In this document: one piece after another, positions 25,050 through 39,270 of the stretch
Layout of the letters: each line of letters opens with the position of its first letter
How positions within the stretch are numbered: position 1 is the first letter of the stretch
Origin: the human T2T-CHM13v2.0 reference genome, Homo sapiens
DNA: 64,000 nt
NCBI RefSeq assembly: GCF_009914755.1
Contig: NC_060948.1
Strand: one strand, 5' to 3'
The notes under the pieces: model-generated
What the model was told of the DNA's origin: nothing
What the model saw: the letters and a program-made list of their open reading frames with translations, nothing else
Database searches by the model: none
Made by a program: the position numbers and the translations under genes

Positions 25050-28000
25050 ATGGAATCAAATCAATGGAATCAAATCAAATGGAATGGAAAGGAATTGAAT
25101 GGAGTAGATTGGATTGGATGGGATTGGAATGAAATGTACTGGAAAGGACTCGAATTTCATGAAATGGAATGGAATGAATTGGAACGGAATGGACTCGAAT
25201 GGAATGGAATGTCATGGAATGGCATCAAATGGAATGGCATCAAATGGAATGGAATCGAATGCAATGGAATGCTATGGAATGGAATGGAATGCATTGGAAT
25301 GGAATGTCCTCTAATGGAATGGATTCGAGTGGAATGGAATCGAATATAATGGAGTCGAATGAAAAGGAATTGAAAGGAGTGGGATCGAATACAATGGAAT
25401 ATACTGGAATGTAATGTAATGAACTCGAATGTAATTGACTGGAATGGAATGTACATGAATGGAATGTAATCGAATGGAAAGTAATCCAATGGAATAGAAT
25501 CTAATGCAATAAAACCGACTCAGATAGAGTAGAATGTAATGGAATGGAGTGCAGTGCAATGGAATGGAATGGAATGGAATGCAATGGAATGGAATGGAAT
25601 GGAATGGAATGGAATGGAATGGGATGGAATGGGATGGAATGGATAGTAATGGACTGGAGTGAAATGGACTGGAAAGGAATGGACTCAAATTGAAAGGGCT
25701 CGAAAGGAATGGAGTCAAATGGAATGGTCTGGAATGGAATGAACACGAATGTAATGCAATCCAATAGAACGGAATCGAATGGCATGGAATATAAAGAAAT
25801 GGAATCGAAGAGTATGGAAACAAATGGAATGGAATTGAGTGGAATGGAATTGAATGGAATGGGAACGAATGGAGTGAAATTGTATGCAGTAGAAGGGAAT
25901 AGAATGGAATGCAAGCGAAAGGAAAGGAATGGATTGGAATGGAATGGAATTCATTGGAATGGAAGGGAATGTAGTGTAATGGACAGGCCTGGAATAAAGT
26001 GGAATGCTACGGTCTCGAATGGAATAAAAATGTATGGAATGGAATGCAATGAAACGGAATCGAATGTCATAGAATGTAATGGAATGCAAAAAAATGGAAT
26101 CCAAAATCATTGACTGGAAAGGCTGTGTGGCGAAAGGAATTGACTCCAATGGAATGGAATCGAATGGAATGGAAGTGAATAGAATCGAACTAAATCGAAT
26201 GGAATGGAATTGATAGGAACGGAATGGAAAGGAATGCAATGATTTGGCATGGAATGGAATCGAATGGCATCGAATGGAATGGAATGGAATGCAATGGAAT
26301 GGAATGTATTAGAATGTAATGAACTTTAATGGAATGTACTCGAATGGATTCGACTGGAATGGAATGTTCTCGAAGTGAATGGACTCCAATGGAATGGATT
26401 CAAAAGGAATGGAATCGTACGGAATGGAATCTAATGGAATGGAATTAAATGGAAGTGAATCAAATTGAATAGCACGGAATTGAATTGAATGGAATGGAAT
26501 GCAACGGAATCTAATGAAACGGAAAGGAAAGGAATGGAATGGAATGGAATGGGCTGGAATGGAAAGGAATCGAAACGAATGGAATGGAATCGAACTGAAG
26601 AGACTGGAATGGAATGCACTGGAATGGAAGGGAGTTTAATGGAAGGTTCCCGAAAAAAATGGAATCGAATGGAATGGAATTGAATGGAACGGAATAGAGT
26701 CGAATGGAATTGAATGGAATGGAATGGACTAGAGTGAAATGGAATCGAACCACAAGGAATGGACAGGAATAGAATGGTCTCGAATTGAATGGAATCGTAT
26801 GGAATGGCATCAAACGGAATGGAATGGACAGCCACGGAATGGAATGCACTCGAATGCAATGGAGTCGAAACTAATGGACTGGAATAGAATGGACTCGACT
26901 GGTACGGACTCCAATGGAATGGAATCGAATGGAAGGGAATCGAACGGAATGGACTCGAAGGGAAAAGACTGCAATGGAAAGGTCTCGAATGGAATGGAAA
27001 TTAATGGAATGGAATGGAATCGAATGAAATGGAGTCAAAAGGAATGGAATCGAATGGCAAGAAATCGAATGAAATGGAATCGCAAGGAATTGATGTGAAC
27101 GGAACGGAATGGAATGGGATCCAAAGGAATGGAATAGAATGGAATGGAATCGAATGGAAAGGACTCGAATGGAAATCACTCGAATAGAATGCAATTTAAT
27201 AAAATAGGATCAAATGTAATGGAATGGAATGGAAAGGAATCGAAACGAAAGGAATGGAGACAGATGGAATGGAATGGAACAGAGAGGAATGGTATAGAAT
27301 GGAATGGAATCATCTGGAATGGAATTGAATGGAATGGAATAATATGAAATGGAATGGAATGGAATGGAATGGAATGCCCTTGAATTAAATGGACTGGAAT
27401 GGAATGGACTCGAACAGAGTGGAATGGAAAGTGTTGAGATAGAATGGAATGGACTCCTTTGGAATGGTGTAGTATGCAATGCAATCGACTGGCAGGGAAT
27501 CAAAAGGAATGTTATCGAATGGATTGGACTGGAATGCAATGGACTCGAATAGATTGGAAACGGAATGCAAAGGAATGGAATGGAATAGTATGGAATGGAA
27601 TGGAAAGGAATGGAGTGGAATAGACTAGAGTGGAATGGAATGGACTGGAAAGCAATGGACTGGAATGGAACTTTCTTGAATGGACTGGAATCAAACGGAA
27701 TGGAATGCAATGCAATCAAATGGCATGGAATAAAATAGAATGAAAGAGAATCAAATGGAATTGAATCGAATGGAATCGAATGGATTGGAAAGGAATAGAA
27801 TGGAATGGAATGGAATGGACTAGAATGGAATGGATTCGAATGGAAGGCAAAGGAATGGAATCTATTGGAATGGACTGTAATGGAATGGAATGGAAGGGAT
27901 TGGAATGGACTCGAATGGAATGGACTGCAATAGAAAGGATTCGAATGGAATGAAAAAGAATTGAATGGAATAGAACAGAATGGAATCAAATCGAATGAAA

Positions 28001-28593
28001 TGGAATGGAATAGAAAGGAATGGAATGAAATGGAATGGAAAGGATTCGAATGGAATGCAATCGAATGGAATGGAATCGAACGGAATGGAATAAAATGGAA
28101 GAAAACTGGCAAGAAATGGAATCGAAATGAATGGAGTGTTATGGAACGGACTCAAAAGGAATTGAATGTAATAGAATGGAGTGGAGTGGACTCGAATATA
28201 ATGGACTGGAATGGAATGAAATCACATGGAATGGGAACGAATGGAATGGAATGGAAAGGAATGGAATCGAATGGAAAGGAATCGAATGGAAGGGAATGAA
28301 ATTGAATCAACAGGAATGGAAGGGAATAGAATAGACGGTAATGGAATGGACTCGAATAGAATGGACACGAATGCTCAAATTGAATGGACTCGAATGGAAT
28401 GGAAACGAAAGGAATGTCATCGAATGGAATTGAATCGATTGGAATGAAATCGCATAGAATGGAGTGGAATCAAATGGAATTGAATCGAAAGGAAAGGAAG
28501 CGAATGGACTGAAATGAAATGGAATGGAATTGAATGGAAAGTAATGCAATGGAATAGAATGGAACGAAATTTCACGGAATGGAATCAAACTGA
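25050..28593 (+). repeat. Macro-unit U8 (3544 bp)
   Basis: Anchor spacing. U7-type markers plus a private BamHI site at 27117-27122. Confidence 0.9.
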
Positions 28594-31500
28594 ATGGAAT
28601 CAAATCAATGGAATCAAATCAAATGGAATGGAAAGGAATTGAATGGAGTAGATTGGATTGGATGGGATTGGAATGAAATGTACTGGAAAGGACTCGAATT
28701 TCATGAAATGGAATGGAATGAATTGGAACGGAATGGACTCGAATGGAATGGAATGTCATGGAATGGCATCAAATGGAATGGCATCAAATGGAATGGAATC
28801 GAATGCAATGGAATGCTATGGAATGGAATGGAATGCATTGGAATGGAATGTCCTCTAATGGAATGGATTCGAGTGGAATGGAATCGAATATAATGGAGTC
28901 GAATGAAAAGGAATTGAAAGGAGTGGGATCGAATACAATGGAATATACTGGAATGTAATGTAATGAACTCGAATGTAATTGACTGGAATGGAATGTACAT
29001 GAATGGAATGTAATCGAATGGAAAGTAATCCAATGGAATAGAATCTAATGCAATAAAACCGACTCAGATAGAGTAGAATGTAATGGAATGGAGAGCAGTG
29101 CAATGGAATGGAATGGAATGGAATGCAATGGAATGGAATGGAATGGAATGGAATGGAATGGAATGGGATGGAATGAGATGGAATGGTATGGAGTGGATAG
29201 TAATGGACTGGAGTGAAATGGACTGGAAAGGAATGGACTCAAATTGAAAGGGCTCGAAAGGAATGGAGTCAAATGGAATGGTCTGGAATGGAATGAACAC
29301 GAATGTAATGCAATCCAATAGAATGGAATCGAATGGCATGGAATATAAAGAAATGGAATCGAAGAGAATGGAAACAAATGGAATGGAATTGAATGGAATG
29401 GAATTGAATGGAATGGGAACGAATGGAGTGAAATTGTATGCAGTAGAAGGGAATAGAATGGAATGCAAGCGAAAGGAAAGGAATGGATTGGAATGGAATG
29501 GAATTCATTGGAATGGAAGGGAATGTAGTGTAATGGACAGGCCTGGAATAAAGTGGAATGCTACGGTCTCGAATGGAATAAAAATGTATGGAATGGAATG
29601 CAATGAAACGGAATCGAATGTCATAGAATGTAATGGAATGCAAAAAAATGGAATCCAAAATCATTGACTGGAAAGGCTGGGTGTCGAAAGGAATTGACTC
29701 CAATGGAATGGAATCGAATGGAATGGAAGTGAATAGAATCGAACTAAATCGAATGGAATGGAATTGATAGGAACGGAATGGAAAGGAATGCAATGATTTG
29801 GCATGGAATGGAATCGAATGGCATCGAATGGAATGGAATGGAATGCAATGGAATGGAATGTATTAGAATGTAATGAACTTTAATGGAATGTACTCGAATG
29901 GATTCGACTGGAATGGAATGTTCTCGAAGTGAATGGACTCCAATGGAATGGATTCGAAAGGAATGGAATCTAATGGAATGGAATTAAATGGAAATGAATC
30001 AAATTGAATAGAACGGAATTGAATTGAATGGAATCGAATGAAATGGAATCTAATGAAACGGAAAGGAAAGGAATGGAATGGATTGGAATGGAATGGGCTG
30101 GAATTGAATGGAATCGAAACGAATGGAATGGAATCGAACTGAAGAGACTGGAATGGAATGCACTGGAATGGAAGGGAATGTAATGGAAGGTTCTCGAAAA
30201 AAATGGAATCGAAAGGAATGGAATTGAATGGAACGGAATAGAGTCGAATGGAATTCAATGGAATGGAATGGACTAGAGTGAAATGGAATCGAACCACAAG
30301 GAATTGACAGGAATAGAATGGTCTCGAATTGAATGGAATCGTATGGAATGGCATCAAACGGAATGGAATGGACAGCCACGGAATGGAATGGACACCCACG
30401 GAATGGAATGCACTCGAATGCAATGGAGTCGACACTAATGGACTGGAATAGAATGGACTCGACTGGTACGGACTCCAATGGAATGGAATCGAATGGAAGG
30501 GAATCGAACGGAATGGACTCGAAGGGAAAAGACTGCAATGGAAAGGTCTCGAATGGAATGGAAATTAATGGAATGGAATGGAATCGAATGAAATGGAGTC
30601 AAAAGGAATGGAATCGAATGTCAAGAAATCGAATGTAATGGAATCGCAAGGAATTGATGTGAACGGAACGGAATGGAATGGAATCCAAAGGAATGGAATA
30701 GAATGGAATGGAATCGAATGGAAAGGACTCGAATGGAAATCACTCGAATAGAATGCAATTTAATAAAATAGGATCAAATGTAATGGAATGGAATGGAAAG
30801 GAATCGAAACGAAAGGAAAGGAGACAGATGGAATGGAATGGAACAGAGAGCAATGGTATAGAATGGAATGGAATCATCTGGAATGGAATTGAATGGAATG
30901 GAATAATATGAAATGGAAAGGAATGGAATGGAATGCCCTTGAATTAAATGTACTGGAATGGAATGGACTCGAACAGAGTGGAATGGAAAGTGTTGAAATA
31001 GAATGGAATGGACTCGTTTGGAATGGTCTAGTATGCAATGCAATCGACTGGCAGGGAATCAAAAGGAATGTAATCGAATGGATTGGACTGGAATGCAATG
31101 GACTCGAATAGATTGGAAACGGAAAGCAAAGGAATGGAATGGAATAGTATGGAATGGAATGGAAAGGAATGGAGTGGAATAGACTAGAGTGGAATGGAAT
31201 GGACTCGAAAGCAATGGACTGGAATGGAACTTTCTTGAATGGACTGGAATCAAACGGAATGGAATGCAATGCAATCAAATGGCATGGAATAAAATAGAAT
31301 GAAAGAGAATGAAATGGAATTGAATCGAATGGAATCGAATGGATTGGAAAGGAATAGAATGGAATGGAATGGAATTGACTCAAATGGAATGGACTAGAAT
31401 GGAATGGATTCGAATGGAAGGCAAAGGAATGGAATCTATTGGAATGGACTGTAATGGAATGGAATGGAAGGGATTGGAATGGACTCGAATGGAATGGACT

Positions 31501-32167
31501 GCAATAGAAGGGATTCGAATGGAATGAAAAAGAATTGAATGGAATAGAACAGAATGGAATCAAATCGAATGAAATGGAATGGAATAGAAAGGAATGGAAT
31601 GAAATGGAATGGAAAGGATTCGAATGGAATGCAATCGAATGGAATGGAATCGAACGGAATGGAATAAAATGGAAGAAAACTGGCAAGAAATGGAATCGAA
31701 ATGAATGGAGTGTTATGGAACGGACTCAAAAGGAATTGAATGTAATAGAATGGAGTGGAGTGGACTCGAATATAATGGACTGGAATGGAATGAAATCACA
31801 TGGAATGGGAACGAATGGAATGGAATGGAAAGGAATGGAATCGAATGGAAAGGAATCGAATGGAAGGGAATGAAATTGAATCAACAGGAATGGAAGGGAA
31901 TAGAATAGACGGTAATGGAATGGACTCGAATAGAATGGACACGAATGCTCAAATTGAATGGACTCGAATGGAATGGAAACGAAAGGAATGTCATCGAATG
32001 GAATTGAATCGATTGGAATGAAATCGCATAGAATGGAGTGGAATCAAATGGAATTGAATCGAAAGGAAAGGAAGCGAATGGACTGAAATGAAATGGAATG
32101 GAATTGAATGGAAAGTAATGCAATGGAATAGAATGGAACGAAATTTCACGGAATGGAATCAAACTGA
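28594..32167 (+). repeat. Macro-unit U9 (3574 bp, chimeric U13-like/U6-like)
   Basis: The 5' part shares gagagcagt and gagatggaatggtatggagtgg with U13. The 3' part has the U5/U6 20-bp duplication (30362-30401), EcoRI 30251-30256 and SalI 30428-30433. Confidence 0.88.
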
Positions 32168-35100
32168 ATGGAATCAAATCAATGGAATCAAATCAAATGG
32201 AATGGAAAGGAATTGAATGGAGTAGATTGGATTGGATGGGATTGGAATGAAATGTACTGGAAAGGACTCGAATTTCATGAAACGGAATGGAATGAATTGG
32301 AACGGAATGGACTCGAATGGAATGGAATATCATGGAATGGCATCAAATGGAATGGCATCAAATGGAATGGAATCGAATGCAATGGAATGCTATGGAATGG
32401 AATGGAATGCATTGGAATGGAATGTCCTCTAATGGAATGGATTCGAGTGGAATGGAATCGAATATAATGGAGTCGAATGAAATGGAATTGAAAGGAGTGG
32501 GATCGAATACAATGGAATATACTGGAATGTAATGTAATGAACTCGAATGTAATTGACTGGAATGGAATGTACATGAATGGAATGTAATCCAATGGAAAGT
32601 AATCCAATAGAATAGAATCTAATGCAATAAAACCGACTCAGATAGAGTAGAATGTAATGGAATGGAGTGCAGTGCAATGGAATGGAATGGAATGGAATGC
32701 AATGGAATGGAATGGAATGGAATGGAATGGAATGGAATGGGATGGAATGGGATGGAATGGATAGTAATGGACTGGAGTGAAATGGACTGGAAAGGAATGG
32801 ACTCAAATTGAAAGGGCTCGAAAGGAATGGAGTCAAATGGAATGGTCTGGAATGGAATGAACATGAATGTAATGCAATCCAATAGAACGGAATCGAATGG
32901 CATGGAATATAAAGAAATGGAATCGAAGAGAATGGAAACAAATGGAATGGAATTGAGTGGAATGGAATTGAATGGAATGGGAACGAATGGAGTGAAATTG
33001 TATGCAGTAGAAGGGAATAGAATGGAATGCAAGCGAAAGGAAAGGAATGGATTGGAATGGAATGGAATTCATTGGAATGGAAGGGAATGTAGTGTAATGG
33101 ACAGGCCTGGAATAAAGTGGAATGCTACGGTCTCGAATGGAATAAAAATGTATGGAATGGAATGCAATGAAACGGAATCGAATGTCATAGAATGTAATGG
33201 AATGCAAAAAAATGGAATCCAAAATCATTGACTGGAAAGGCTGTGTGGCGAAAGGAATTGACTCCAATGGAATGGAATCGAATGGAATGGAAGTGAATAG
33301 AATCGAACTAAATCGAATGGAATGGAATTGATAGGAACGGAATGGAAAGGAATGCAATGATTTGGCATGGAATGGAATCGAATGGCATCGAATGGAATGG
33401 AATGGAATGCAATGGAATGGAATGTATTAGAATGTAATGAACTTTAATGGAATGTACTCGAATGGATTCGACTGGAATGGAATGTTCTCGAAGTGAATGG
33501 ACTCCAATGGAATGGATTCAAAAGGAATGGAATCGTACGGAATGGAATCTAATGGAATGGAATTAAATGGAAGTGAATCAAATTGAATAGCACGGAATTG
33601 AATTGAATGGAATGGAATGCAACGGAATCTAATGAAACGGAAAGGAAAGGAATGGAATGGAATGGAATGGGCTGGAATGGAAAGGAATCGAAACGAATGG
33701 AATGGAATCGAACTGAAGAGACTGGAATGGAATGCACTGGAATGGAAGGGAGTTTAATGGAAGGTTCCCGAAAAAAATGGAATCGAATGGAATGGAATTG
33801 AATGGAACGGAATAGAGTCGAATGGAATTGAATGGAATGGAATGGACTAGAGTGAAATGGAATCGAACCACAAGGAATGGACAGGAATAGAATGGTCTCG
33901 AATTGAATGGAATCGTATGGAATGGCATCAAACGGAATGGAATGGACAGCCACGGAATGGAATGCACTCGAATGCAATGGAGTCGAAACTAATGGACTGG
34001 AATAGAATGGACTCGACTGGTACGGACTCCAATGGAATGGAATCGAATGGAAGGGAATCGAACGGAATGGACTCGAAGGGAAAAGACTGCAATGGAAAGG
34101 TCTCGAATGGAATGGAAATTAATGGAATGGAATGGAATCGAATGAAATGGAGTCAAAAGGAATGGAATCGAATGGCAAGAAATCGAATGAAATGGAATCG
34201 CAAGGAATTGATGTGAACGGAACGGAATGGAATGGAATCCAAAGGAATGGAATAGAATGGAATGGAATCGAATGGAAAGGACTCGAATGAAAATCACTCG
34301 AATAGAATGCAATTTAATAAAATAGGATCAAATGTAATGGAATGGAATGGAAAGGAATCGAAACGAAAGGAATGGAGACAGATGGAATGGAATGGAACAG
34401 AGAGCAATGGTATAGAATGGAATGGAATCATCTGGAATGGAATTGAATGGAATGGAATAATATGAAATGGAATGGAATGGAATGGAATGGAATGCCCTTG
34501 AATTAAATGGACTGGAATGGAATGGACTCGAACAGAGTGGAATGGAAAGTGTTGAGATAGAATGGAATGGACTCCTTTGGAATGGTGTAGTATGCAATGC
34601 AATCGACTGGCAGGGAATCAAAAGGAATGTTATCGAATGGATTGGACTGGAATGCAATGGACTCGAATAGATTGGAAACGGAATGCAAAGGAATGGAATG
34701 GAATAGTATGGAATGGAATGGAAAGGAATGGAGTGGAATAGACTAGAGTGGAATGGAATGGACTGGAAAGCAATGGACTGGAATGGAACTTTCTTGAATG
34801 GACTGGAATCAAACGGAATGGAATGCAATGCAATCAAATGGCATGGAATAAAATAGAATGAAAGAGAATCAAATGGAATTGAATCGAATGGAATCGAATG
34901 GATTGGAAAGGAATAGAATGGAATGGAATGGAATTGACTCAAATGGAATGGACTAGAATGGAATGGATTCGAATGGAAGGCAAAGGAATGGAATCTATTG
35001 GAATGGACTGTAATGGAATGGAATGGAAGGGATTGGAATGGACTCGAATGGAATGGACTGCAATAGAAGGGATTCGAATGGAATGAAAAAGAATTGAATG

Positions 35101-35726
35101 GAATAGAACAGAATGGAATCAAATCGAATGAAATGGAATGGAATAGAAAGGAATGGAATGAAATGGAATGGAAAGGATTCGAATGGAATGCAATCGAATG
35201 GAATGGAATCGAACGGAATGGAATAAAATGGAAGAAAACTGGCAAGAAATGGAATCGAAATGAATGGAGTGTTATGGAACGGACTCAAAAGGAATTGAAT
35301 GTAATAGAATGGAGTGGAGTGGACTCGAATATAATGGACTGGAATGGAATGAAATCACATGGAATGGGAACGAATGGAATGGAATGGAAAGGAATGGAAT
35401 CGAATGGAAAGGAATCGAATGGAAGGGAATGAAATTGAATCAACAGGAATGGAAGGGAATAGAATAGACGGTAATGGAATGGACTCGAATAGAATGGACA
35501 CGAATGCTCAAATTGAATGGACTCGAATGGAATGGAAACGAAAGGAATGTCATCGAATGGAATTGAATCGATTGGAATGAAATCGCATAGAATGGAGTGG
35601 AATCAAATGGAATTGAATCGAAAGGAAAGGAAGCGAATGGACTGAAATGAAATGGAATGGAATTGAATGGAAAGTAATGCAATGGAATAGAATGGAACGA
35701 AATTTCACGGAATGGAATCAAACTGA
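32168..35726 (+). repeat. Macro-unit U10 (3559 bp, chimeric U7-like/U9-like)
   Basis: U7-type markers to ~34870, then a U9-type end (ttgactcaaat present, gaagggattc). Confidence 0.88.
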
Positions 35727-38700
35727 ATGGAATCAAATCAATGGAATCAAATCAAATGGAATGGAAAGGAATTGAATGGAGTAGATTGGATTGGATGGGA
35801 TTGGAATGAAATGTACTGGAAAGGACTCGAATTTCATGAAACGGAATGGAATGAATTGGAACGGAATGGACTCGAATGGAATGGAATATCATGGAATGGC
35901 ATCAAATGGAATGGCATCAAATGGAATGGAATCGAATGCAATGGAATGCTATGGAATGGAATGGAATGCATTGGAATGGAATGTCCTCTAATGGAATGGA
36001 TTCGAGTGGAATGGAATCGAATATAATGGAGTCGAATGAAATGGAATTGAAAGGAGTGGGATCGAATACAATGGAATATACTGGAATGTAATGTAATGAA
36101 CTCGAATGTAATTGACTGGAATGGAATGTACATGAATGGAATGTAATCCAATGGAAAGTAATCCAATAGAATAGAATCTAATGCAATAAAACCGACTCAG
36201 ATAGAGTAGAATGTAATGGAATGGAGTGCAGTGCAATGGAATGGAATGGAATGGAATGCAATGGAATGGAATGGAATGGAATGGAATGGAATGGGATGGG
36301 ATGGAATGGGATGGAATGGATAGTAATGGACTGGAGTGAAATGGACTGGAAAGGAATGGACTCAAATTGAAAGGGCTCGAAAGGAATGGAGTCAAATGGA
36401 ATGGTCTGGAATGGAATGAACATGAATGTAATGCAATCCAATAGAACGGAATCGAATGGCATGGAATATAAAGAAATGGAATCGAAGAGAATGGAAACAA
36501 ATGGAATGGAATTGAGTGGAATGGAATTGAATGGAATGGGAACGAATGGAGTGAAATTGTATGCAGTAGAAGGGAATAGAATGGAATGCAAGCGAAAGGA
36601 AAGGAATGGATTGGAATGGAATGGAATTCATTGGAATGGAAGGGAATGTAGTGTAATGGACAGGCCTGGAATAAAGTGGAATGCTACGGTCTCGAATGGA
36701 ATAAAAATGTATGGAATGGAATGCAATGAAACGGAATCGAATGTCATAGAATGTAATGGAATGCAAAAAAATGGAATCCAAAATCATTGACTGGAAAGGC
36801 TGTGTGGCGAAAGGAATTGACTCCAATGGAATGGAATCGAATGGAATGGAAGTGAATAGAATCGAACTAAATCGAATGGAATGGAATTGATAGGAACGGA
36901 ATGGAAAGGAATGCAATGATTTGGCATGGAATGGAATCGAATGGCATCGAATGGAATGGAATGGAATGCAATGGAATGGAATGTATTAGAATGTAATGAA
37001 CTTTAATGGAATGTACTCGAATGGATTCGACTGGAATGGAATGTTCTCGAAGTGAATGGACTCCAATGGAATGGATTCAAAAGGAATGGAATCGTACGGA
37101 ATGGAATCTAATGGAATGGAATTAAATGGAAGTGAATCAAATTGAATAGCACGGAATTGAATTGAATGGAATGGAATGCAACGGAATCTAATGAAACGGA
37201 AAGGAAAGGAATGGAATGGAATGGAATGGGCTGGAATGGAAAGGAATCGAAACGAATGGAATGGAATCGAACTGAAGAGACTGGAATGGAATGCACTGGA
37301 ATGGAAGGGAGTTTAATGGAAGGTTCCCGAAAAAAATGGAATCGAATGGAATGGAATTGAATGGAACGGAATAGAGTCGAATGGAATTGAATGGAATGGA
37401 ATGGACTAGAGTGAAATGGAATCGAACCACAAGGAATGGACAGGAATAGAATGGTCTCGAATTGAATGGAATCGTATGGAATGGCATCAAACGGAATGGA
37501 ATGGACAGCCACGGAATGGAATGCACTCGAATGCAATGGAGTCGAAACTAATGGACTGGAATAGAATGGACTCGACTGGTACGGACTCCAATGGAATGGA
37601 ATCGAATGGAAGGGAATCGAACGGAATGGACTCGAAGGGAAAAGACTGCAATGGAAAGGTCTCGAATGGAATGGAAATTAATGGAATGGAATGGAATCGA
37701 ATGAAATGGAGTCAAAAGGAATGGAATCGAATGGCAAGAAATCGAATGAAATGGAATCGCAAGGAATTGATGTGAACGGAACGGAATGGAATGGAATCCA
37801 AAGGAATGGAATAGAATGGAATGGAATCGAATGGAAAGGACTCGAATGAAAATCACTCGAATAGAATGCAATTTAATAAAATAGGATCAAATGTAATGGA
37901 ATGGAATGGAAAGGAATCGAAACGAAAGGAATGGAGACAGATGGAATGGAATGGAACAGAGAGCAATGGTATAGAATGGAATGGAATCATCTGGAATGGA
38001 ATTGAATGGAATGGAATAATATGAAATGGAATGGAATGGAATGGAATGGAATGCCCTTGAATTAAATGGACTGGAATGGAATGGACTCGAACAGAGTGGA
38101 ATGGAAAGTGTTGAGATAGAATGGAATGGACTCCTTTGGAATGGTGTAGTATGCAATGCAATCGACTGGCAGGGAATCAAAAGGAATGTTATCGAATGGA
38201 TTGGACTGGAATGCAATGGACTCGAATAGATTGGAAACGGAATGCAAAGGAATGGAATGGAATAGTATGGAATGGAATGGAAAGGAATGGAGTGGAATAG
38301 ACTAGAGTGGAATGGAATGGACTGGAAAGCAATGGACTGGAATGGAACTTTCTTGAATGGACTGGAATCAAACGGAATGGAATGCAATGCAATCAAATGG
38401 CATGGAATAAAATAGAATGAAAGAGAATCAAATGGAATTGAATCGAATGGAATCGAATGGATTGGAAAGGAATAGAATGGAATGGAATGGAATGGACTAG
38501 AATGGAATGGATTCGAATGGAAGGCAAAGGAATGGAATCTATTGGAATGGACTGTAATGGAATGGAATGGAAGGGATTGGAATGGACTCGAATGGAATGG
38601 ACTGCAATAGAAAGGATTCGAATGGAATGAAAAAGAATTGAATGGAATAGAACAGAATGGAATCAAATCGAATGAAATGGAATGGAATAGAAAGGAATGG

Positions 38701-39270
38701 AATGAAATGGAATGGAAAGGATTCGAATGGAATGCAATCGAATGGAATGGAATCGAACGGAATGGAATAAAATGGAAGAAAACTGGCAAGAAATGGAATC
38801 GAAATGAATGGAGTGTTATGGAACGGACTCAAAAGGAATTGAATGTAATAGAATGGAGTGGAGTGGACTCGAATATAATGGACTGGAATGGAATGAAATC
38901 ACATGGAATGGGAACGAATGGAATGGAATGGAAAGGAATGGAATCGAATGGAAAGGAATCGAATGGAAGGGAATGAAATTGAATCAACAGGAATGGAAGG
39001 GAATAGAATAGACGGTAATGGAATGGACTCGAATAGAATGGACACGAATGCTCAAATTGAATGGACTCGAATGGAATGGAAACGAAAGGAATGTCATCGA
39101 ATGGAATTGAATCGATTGGAATGAAATCGCATAGAATGGAGTGGAATCAAATGGAATTGAATCGAAAGGAAAGGAAGCGAATGGACTGAAATGAAATGGA
39201 ATGGAATTGAATGGAAAGTAATGCAATGGAATAGAATGGAACGAAATTTCACGGAATGGAATCAAACTGA
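35727..39270 (+). repeat. Macro-unit U11 (3544 bp, U7-like)
   Basis: Same markers as U7 at offset 14,221. Confidence 0.9.
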
